In this document: in pieces, positions 58,170-64,000 of the stretch
Layout of the letters: the number at the start of each line of letters is the position of its first letter
Position numbering within the stretch: the first letter of the stretch is position 1
Assembly: GCA_018816555.1 (NCBI GenBank)
Contig: JAHIVT010000091.1
Location: 70,484-134,483 of the forward strand
DNA from: Pseudomonadota bacterium
GTDB lineage: Bacteria > Desulfobacterota > Desulfobulbia > Desulfobulbales > SURF-16
Direction of reading: 5' to 3'
Length of the DNA: 64,000 bases
Program-made: the position numbers and the translations under genes
The notes under the pieces: generated by a model
Database searches by the model: none
The model's input: only the letters and a program-made list of their open reading frames with translations
Told to the model about the DNA's origin: nothing

Positions 58170-59789
58170 ATGACATTGGCAACAGATTTTCTCGTTATCG
58201 GCTCCGGAATTTCCGGTCTTTCCTTTGCACTCAAGGCCGCCCGTCTCGGCCATGTCACCCTGGTCACCAAAAAAAACAGGGTGGACACGGCCACCAATCT
58301 TGCCCAGGGAGGAATCGCCGCGGTGCTGTCCGCCGATGACTCCTATGAAATGCATATCGCCGATACCCTGGTGGCCGGGGCCGGGCTGTGCAACGAAGAG
58401 GTGGTGCGCCTGGTGGTGGAAAACGGACCGGAAAGGGTGCGTGAACTCATGGCCCTTGGCGTCGATTTTACCCGCCGGGAGGAAAACAGTTCACTGCTCG
58501 ATCTGGGCCGGGAAGGGGGCCATTCGGCCCGTCGTATCGCCCATGCCCGCGACCTCACCGGCCGGGAGATCGAACGGGGACTTTTGGCAAAGGTGGCTGC
58601 CAATGATCGTATCACGGTGTTGGAAAACCATCTCGCTGTGGACCTGCTCATTGCCTCCAGGGCGGGAATCGCAGTGAGCGGACCGTTTGCGGACCGCTGT
58701 CTCGGGGCTTACATCCTGGACCGGGAAGACCATTCCATCACCCCGTATCTGGCCAAAACAACCGTGCTCTGCACCGGCGGGACGGGCAAGGTGTATCTCT
58801 TTACCACCAACCCCGATATTGCCACGGGTGACGGCATTGCCATGGCTTACCGGGCAGGAGCCCAGGTGGCCAACCTGGAGTTTGTCCAGTTTCACCCGAC
58901 CTGCCTCTACCATCCCCTGGCCAAGAATTTTCTCATTTCCGAAGCTGTGCGGGGTGAAGGCGCCCATCTCGTGGATAAGAACGGCAACCCGTTCATGCTG
59001 AAATATGATCCCCGGGGCGATCTGGCCACCAGGGATGAGGTGGCCAGGGCCATCGATTCCGAGATGAAGGGCAGCGGTGATGATAACGTCTTTCTTGATA
59101 TCAGTCATAAGCCGGCCGATTTTGTTAAAAAACGGTTCCCCAACATCTACCGGACCTGTCTTTCGTACGGCATCGATATTACCCGGCAGCCTATTCCTGT
59201 GGTGCCCGCAGCCCATTACATGTGTGGCGGGGTGTTGACCGACATGCAGGGTCGCACCTCCCTGGAAAATCTCTTCGCCTTTGGCGAGACGGCCTGCACC
59301 GGACTGCATGGCGGCAACCGGCTGGCCAGCAACTCCCTGCTTGAGGCGGTTGTTTATGCCCATGAGGCCTTTCTGCAGTGCGAGCGTGACTGGCCGGAAC
59401 TGCAGCGGCGGGAGCACCCGCAGGTGACGGCCTGGTCTGCCGGCCATGCCGAAAGAATTGAGGAATGCGTACTGATCAGCCACAACTGGGACCAGATCCG
59501 TCGGCTGATGTGGAATTACGTGGGCATTGTCCGCTCCGAGAAAAGGCTGAACCTGGTGTGCAAGCGCATGCAGCCCATTCTGGCCGAGGTGGCCCAGCAC
59601 TTCCGTGATTACCTGCTGACCCCGGATCTCATTGAACTCAGAAACATTGCCCTGGTGGCTGAGCTGATCGTTAAAAGCGCCCTGATCCGCAAGGAGTCCC
59701 GGGGACTGCATTACATGGTTGAATATCCCAAACGAGACGATGTGAACTGGCTGAAGGATACGGTTCTGCAGAAGAACATGGCTTTATAG
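58170..59789 (+). CDS. nadB: L-aspartate oxidase
   Basis: DFLVIGSGISGL FAD motif, plus AQGGIAA, RAHYMCGG-type HYMCGGV and FGETACTGLHGGNRLASNSLLE. Confidence 0.95.
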   Translation: MTLATDFLVIGSGISGLSFALKAARLGHVTLVTKKNRVDTATNLAQGGIAAVLSADDSYEMHIADTLVAGAGLCNEEVVRLVVENGPERVRELMALGVDFTRREENSSLLDLGREGGHSARRIAHARDLTGREIERGLLAKVAANDRITVLENHLAVDLLIASRAGIAVSGPFADRCLGAYILDREDHSITPYLAKTTVLCTGGTGKVYLFTTNPDIATGDGIAMAYRAGAQVANLEFVQFHPTCLYHPLAKNFLISEAVRGEGAHLVDKNGNPFMLKYDPRGDLATRDEVARAIDSEMKGSGDDNVFLDISHKPADFVKKRFPNIYRTCLSYGIDITRQPIPVVPAAHYMCGGVLTDMQGRTSLENLFAFGETACTGLHGGNRLASNSLLEAVVYAHEAFLQCERDWPELQRREHPQVTAWSAGHAERIEECVLISHNWDQIRRLMWNYVGIVRSEKRLNLVCKRMQPILAEVAQHFRDYLLTPDLIELRNIALVAELIVKSALIRKESRGLHYMVEYPKRDDVNWLKDTVLQKNMAL

Positions 59790-59835
59790 TTGATGGCTAA
59801 GTGGCGATCTGACAACCGCCTTTCTTTTCATTACA

Positions 59836-59901
59836 GGAGCGGGCCATGCCCGCGATAACAGAGTTGCTGCAAGGCCAAAGATCGCGGGCATGGCCCGCTC
59901 C
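59836..59901. terminator. perfect 21-bp GC-rich hairpin between convergent nadB and pentapeptide genes (bidirectional terminator-like)
   Basis: GGAGCGGGCCATGCCCGCGAT (59836-59856) pairs with ATCGCGGGCATGGCCCGCTCC (59881-59901) around a 24-nt loop. It is flanked by T-rich sequence upstream and AAAATTTT downstream. Confidence 0.65.
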
Positions 59902-59924
59902 AAAATTTTCACTTCCTGCTCATT

Positions 59925-61184
59925 TCAAAACAGGCCGAAAAGGGATTTCTTCTTTTCTTCCTCTTTTTTCTCGCTGCCGGTGTCGCCGGCAGCGGGGGTA
60001 TAGCCCTGTACGGAGTCAAAATTGGAACGCTGGATCACCGCATCGGTCAGATCGGCGTTGGTCAGGTCTGCCTTGTAAAACAAGGTTTTGACCAGATAAC
60101 TGCCTTTGAGGCTTGCCCCGTTTAAATCCGCCTCGCTAAGATTGGCCCAGTGCAGATTGGCCTCACCCAGATCGGCATTTTTCAGCACGGCACTGACCAG
60201 AACGGCATCCACCAGTCTTGCCTTGGTGAGATTGGCCCCTTCCAGATTGGCATCCTCCAGATTGGCGCCCTCCAGGTTTGCTCCTTCCAGATTGGCGCCG
60301 GACAGATCCGCGCCCTCCAGGTCGGCCCCGGAGAGTTTGGCGCCCGCTAAGGTGGCCTGTTTCAGGTTGGCATTTTTAAGAAAAGCTCCGGACAGATCAG
60401 CGCCGGACAGATCGGCCTGTTCAAGGTCCGCCTTTTTCAGGCTGGCCTTTTCCAGATGCTGGTTGGTGAGATCACAGTGCACGCATTCCTTTTCATCAAG
60501 CAGATGGGTCATCTCCCTGGAAAGAGGCGTGGGCGGGGCGGCGTAATCCCCCATGGTTTCCCCGGTTTCTTCTCCCTCTCCCTTGAATAAGCCGAATTTC
60601 CACCAGCTGTCATTTTTGGCCCCGGTGTCAGTATGGGTGGGGATGGTATTGGTATCAGGGATGACCACGGTGCGGTTGGTCTCCGGTTCGGGAATAACCT
60701 CTGAGCGCACGGTGCTGCCCGGCATGGACTGACCCAGCCCTATGCCGCTGTAAACCTGTTGTTGCTCCTGCCCACCGCCGGCCACGGTGAAGGTGGATTC
60801 CAGCCCCCCGTCCGCCCGGAACATCTTGAAGCCGTCATCCATTTTGTAAACGCTGTAACACTGCATGTCCCGGTTGGCCCATTGATCATAGCGGATGCAG
60901 AGGGTGTTGTCCTTGTCGACCTTCCACTTGCCGTCGGATTTATGGCCGAGGTTGTTTACGGCTGCCACTTTGCCGCTGCCGTATAAGGTGGCATCCGCCT
61001 CCACCGACTTGTCCCAGCTGACGATGTGCAGGGTTTTTTCCGAGACAAGTACGAGAATGTCGTCATAGGAGAGCTGTTTGGCGCCCTGTTCAACGGCGTC
61101 ATCAGTGTGCAGGTTTTTGCTGCAGCCGGGCAGAACGACAAGAAGGACCAGTAAGAGAGAGACAATGTGTTTGCTGTTCATCAT
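59925..61184 (-). CDS. lipoprotein with N-terminal globular domain and C-terminal pentapeptide-repeat domain
   Basis: Lipobox LPGC after ATG 61184. There is a long run of A(D/N)LxGAxLxGA pentapeptide repeats. The tail is [14 protein letters not shown]. Confidence 0.85.
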   Translation of the reverse strand: MMNSKHIVSLLLVLLVVLPGCSKNLHTDDAVEQGAKQLSYDDILVLVSEKTLHIVSWDKSVEADATLYGSGKVAAVNNLGHKSDGKWKVDKDNTLCIRYDQWANRDMQCYSVYKMDDGFKMFRADGGLESTFTVAGGGQEQQQVYSGIGLGQSMPGSTVRSEVIPEPETNRTVVIPDTNTIPTHTDTGAKNDSWWKFGLFKGEGEETGETMGDYAAPPTPLSREMTHLLDEKECVHCDLTNQHLEKASLKKADLEQADLSGADLSGAFLKNANLKQATLAGAKLSGADLEGADLSGANLEGANLEGANLEDANLEGANLTKARLVDAVLVSAVLKNADLGEANLHWANLSEADLNGASLKGSYLVKTLFYKADLTNADLTDAVIQRSNFDSVQGYTPAAGDTGSEKKEEEKKKSLFGLF

Positions 61185-61344
61185 GTTTTTTATTTGCTGA
61201 TTTTTGAGAGATGCAAAGCTGAAAATGTTAAGCAAAATACCATTAACAGTCTGCCCCGTCAACCTGTCAAACGTAAAGGATCTCCTGGTTGCCGCCATGA
61301 TGGTGCAACGTGCTTTAATCTTGAGAACTTTTCATGGTTTCCCG

Positions 61345-63459
61345 TTATCTTCCGTCCCGCAGCATCTGCACCAGCTCCTCGATGTCCGTGGTCGGCAGGC
61401 TGCAGCTCAGGTTGCGGCACACATGGGCGCAGGTCTTGCCGTGCTGCGGGGTAAGACCTGAGAGGGAAGGGATTTTTTCCCCTATAAATTGCTGGCCTGG
61501 GCCGCCGTCGGCCAGCAGCAGCATGGTGTGGGGCAGAAAGATGGCGTGCACGGCGGCAATCATGGCCCGGGTGTGCGGTGCTTCGGGGTGGCCTACGATA
61601 ATGATCTGTGAAGGCTTTTGCCGGGAGAAATCCAAGGCAACCAGCATCTGGGGCATGGAGGTGGGATAGCGGTTGAGCTGGGAGGCAAAGGTGTCGATGG
61701 TTTTGTGGGCTCGTTGCCGCCAGTCTTGGCCGACAAAGGGGGCCAGTCGCAGCAGATTAAGCGCCGCCACGGAATTTGCCGCCGGTTCCGCCCCGTCGTA
61801 ATCCCCTTTCATTCGCAGCAGCAGGCTCGCATCCTGGTCCGTGGTCTCAAAAAAGCCTCCGCCCGCTTTATCTGCGAAAAGTTCGATCTGCTTATGGGTA
61901 AGGGCGATAGCGCTTTCGAGATAGGTGATGGCAAAAGATGCCGCATACAGATCGAGCAGGCCCTGAACAAAAAAGGCGTAATCGTCAAGCTGCGCAGCCA
62001 GGCCTGCCTCGCCCTGGCGATAGCGGCGCAGGAGTGTCCCTTTTCCACTGTCATAGAGGGTGGCCAGGATAAAATCGGCCGAGCGCTGCGCCCCCTGCAG
62101 GTAGGCACTGTTGCCGGTAATCTGATACCCTTTGGCCAGGGCGGAGATCATCAGTCCGTTCCAGGCGCAGAGAATTTTATCATCAAGGTGGGGCCGGGGT
62201 CTTTTGGCGCGGACCAGGGCAAGCTGGTCCCTGGCCGAAGATAACAGACGGTTGACGTCCTCTTCGCTGCGGCCGCAATGTGCCGCGGTTTCCTTAAGGG
62301 TGCGGACCGTGTACAAAATATTTTTGCCGGTGAATTCGTCCAGCGGGTCAGCCAGGGCATTGCCGGAAGCCTCAACCCCATAGTGGAAGTTGAAAATTGC
62401 CGCGGTGTCATTGCCGAGGACTTCCGTGATCTCTTTGGCCTTCCAGGTATAAAAGGCACCTTCGCCATGTTGCTGCGGATCATCAGGCTCGGCGCTGTCC
62501 GCGTCTTCCGCGGAAAAGAACCCGCCCCGGGCATCGGTCATATCGCGCAGCACGTAATCCAGGGTCTCGTTGCCGATGCGGCGGAAAAAAGGATCGCCGC
62601 TGATCTGGAAAGCCTCAAAGTAGGCGAGGGCAAGCAGGGCCTGATCATAGAGCATCTTTTCAAAGTGGGGAACCCGCCACTGCTCGTCCACTGAATAGCG
62701 GTGAAAGCCGCCGCCCAGCAGATCGTACATGCCGCCCTCTGCCATGCGGCGCAGGGTTTCCAGGGTCATGCTGCGGGCCTGGCTGTTATCCCGGCCCAGG
62801 GCGTAGCGCAGCAGAAAATAAAAGGCCACCGGCCTGGGAAACTTGGGTGCCTGCCCGAAGCCGCCGAATTTCCGGTCGTAACTGCTGCTGAGCTGGCCAA
62901 AGGCGGCGTCAAGCACCCCGGCTTCAACCTGACCCAGCTCTTCGGCGGTTACCAGACTCTGCAGATGGGTCGCCATGGAGGCGGCTGCCTGCCGAATGCG
63001 GCCGGGGTCATCCTGCCATGCCTGGTGCAGGGCCTGCAGCAGGTCGAGAAAGCCCGGCCTGCCGAGGCCCGCCCGGGGCGGAAAATAGGTGCCGGCATAG
63101 AACGGCGTGCGGTCGGGCAGCAGAAAAACGGACATGGGCCAGCCGCCGCCACCGGTCAGGGCCTGGGTGGCGGCCATGTAAATGCGGTCGATATCCGGTC
63201 TTTCCTCCCGGTCAACCTTGATGCAGATGAAAAAGTCGTTGAGACAGACTGCTATTTCCTCATCCTCAAAGGATTCATGGGCCATGACATGGCACCAGTG
63301 GCAGGTGGAGTAGCCGATGGAGAGAAAAATAAGCTTGTTTTCCCGGTTTGCCCTGGCAAAGGCCTCTTCCCCCCAGGGCAGCCAGTGTACCGGGTTATGG
63401 GCGTGCTGCAGCAGGTAGGGGCTTTTTTCGTTGATCAGGCGGTTTGGTTGTTTTTCCAT
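61345..63459 (-). CDS. thioredoxin-domain protein (DUF255 / YyaL / SPATA20-like) with six-hairpin glycosidase-like domain
   Basis: N-terminal [14 protein letters not shown]...[11 protein letters not shown] is the DUF255 thioredoxin-like signature. 704 aa. Confidence 0.9.
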   Translation of the reverse strand: MEKQPNRLINEKSPYLLQHAHNPVHWLPWGEEAFARANRENKLIFLSIGYSTCHWCHVMAHESFEDEEIAVCLNDFFICIKVDREERPDIDRIYMAATQALTGGGGWPMSVFLLPDRTPFYAGTYFPPRAGLGRPGFLDLLQALHQAWQDDPGRIRQAAASMATHLQSLVTAEELGQVEAGVLDAAFGQLSSSYDRKFGGFGQAPKFPRPVAFYFLLRYALGRDNSQARSMTLETLRRMAEGGMYDLLGGGFHRYSVDEQWRVPHFEKMLYDQALLALAYFEAFQISGDPFFRRIGNETLDYVLRDMTDARGGFFSAEDADSAEPDDPQQHGEGAFYTWKAKEITEVLGNDTAAIFNFHYGVEASGNALADPLDEFTGKNILYTVRTLKETAAHCGRSEEDVNRLLSSARDQLALVRAKRPRPHLDDKILCAWNGLMISALAKGYQITGNSAYLQGAQRSADFILATLYDSGKGTLLRRYRQGEAGLAAQLDDYAFFVQGLLDLYAASFAITYLESAIALTHKQIELFADKAGGGFFETTDQDASLLLRMKGDYDGAEPAANSVAALNLLRLAPFVGQDWRQRAHKTIDTFASQLNRYPTSMPQMLVALDFSRQKPSQIIIVGHPEAPHTRAMIAAVHAIFLPHTMLLLADGGPGQQFIGEKIPSLSGLTPQHGKTCAHVCRNLSCSLPTTDIEELVQMLRDGR

Positions 63460-63473
63460 GGTGTTGTAAGGTA

Positions 63474-63533
<60 letters not shown>

Positions 63534-63543
<10 letters not shown>

Positions 63544-63902
63544 GCATGCAGTAGGGCAGCCATATAAGACCCCAGTAATTTACTGATCTCTTCAAGTTGT
63601 TCTGTTAATTTTTTGTTTTCGCCATAGCCGAGATCGTTGGCTAAGATCAGATAATACCGGCATTCTTCCAGCGATCCTTGGGAAATATTAAGAAATCGCG
63701 CTTTGTCCGGTTTTGTTCTTTTTTTGAATCCCTCGGCAATATTGGCGGGAATGGAAACAGCCGCTCTTCGCGCCTGAGACGTAAGCCCGTAAAGTTCACT
63801 TTGCGGAAAATTGCTGCTGTAAGCATAAAGTGACAAAACAAATGCATGTGCCTTCTGCCAGACGATAAGGTCTTCAAATCGTTTTGCCGGTTCTCTGCTC
63901 AT
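63534..63902 (-). CDS. four-helix-bundle protein (23S rRNA intervening-sequence protein / Avd family)
   Basis: From ATG 63902: MSREPAKRFEDLIVWQKAHAFVLSLY...SQARRAAVSIPANIAEG...GSLEECRYYLILANDLGY, the typical PF05635-type pattern. Confidence 0.85.
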
Positions 63903-63999
63903 TCTGTCTTCCAACTCCTGTCTCCTGTCTTCTAACCCCTGACTCCTCCCCCTCCAGCACCAGCTCAATGGGCTGGTGGTCCGAGCTTCTGATATGGTA
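63874..63999 (-). CDS. 3' end of an endonuclease/exonuclease/phosphatase-family-like gene (5'-truncated by window edge)
   Basis: The minus frame reads YHIRSSDHQPIELVLEGEESGVRRQETGVGRQNEQRTGKTI*. SDHxP near the C-terminus is the EEP signature. The tail after ELVLE is encoded by the heptad array. Confidence 0.35.
   Translation of the reverse strand, partial: YHIRSSDHQPIELVLEGEESGVRRQETGVGRQNEQRTGKTI
63902..63957. repeat. degenerate inverted heptad array (TCCTGTC/TTCTGTC/CCCTGAC type), reverse-complementary to the 63474-63543 array
   Basis: TTCTGTC TTCCAAC TCCTGTC TCCTGTC TTCTAAC CCCTGAC TCCTCCC CCTCCAG. Units are reverse complements of GACAGGA/GTCAGGA-phase units of the left array. Confidence 0.6.
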
Positions 64000-64000
64000 A

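Overview
This 64-kb window is chromosomal, densely coding and moderately GC-rich. The gene content fits a sulfate/sulfur-respiring Desulfobacterota (deltaproteobacterium-like) genome, though that taxonomic call is inference. Supporting genes are an orphan dsrC with a strong promoter, a four-subunit sulfhydrogenase-type (group 3b-like) [NiFe] hydrogenase and an HdrD-like CCG Fe-S protein. Core genes include glnA, thiC, htpG, guaB-guaA, aspS-hisS and nadB. I saw no rRNA, tRNA or CRISPR array by eye.

The main second-look items are:
- **Decayed DGR locus (30.2-34.7 kb).** It holds a frameshifted NACHT/STAND NTPase fused to a C-terminal FGE-sulfatase (C-type-lectin fold) domain. An apparently intact IS630 element with a canonical A_AAA_AAA -1 frameshift site sits at its 3' end, followed by a 49-codon Avd fragment. 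No TR or RT is present.
- **Four-helix-bundle gene cassette (63.5-63.9 kb).** The gene (Avd / 23S-IVS protein family) is bracketed by inverted arrays of 7-bp repeats. A solo heptad array lies at 42.2 kb.
- **Two MITE-like elements.** They have perfect 18- and 20-bp terminal inverted repeats (29784-29930 and 39169-39345).
- **Sensor operon.** GAF-histidine kinase, REC-TPR regulator and a 700-aa membrane-anchored protein with an exact retroviral-type CCHC zinc knuckle.
- **CooT plus CooJ-like pair.** The His-rich partner carries an H-W-X2-H-X3-H motif.
- **Response-regulator/cheX cassette.** It is flanked by an intact Xaa-Pro aminopeptidase 3' end and a degenerate, internally deleted copy of that end.
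- **Membrane-remodelling or stress modules.** One is LemA-TPM-TPM-dynamin; the other is an SPFH/Zn-ribbon protein with a duplicated Zn-ribbon partner.
- **Coupled Zn-ribbon / ATP-grasp pair.**

All calls rest on motif recognition in the supplied translations and on reading the DNA. No database search was run.
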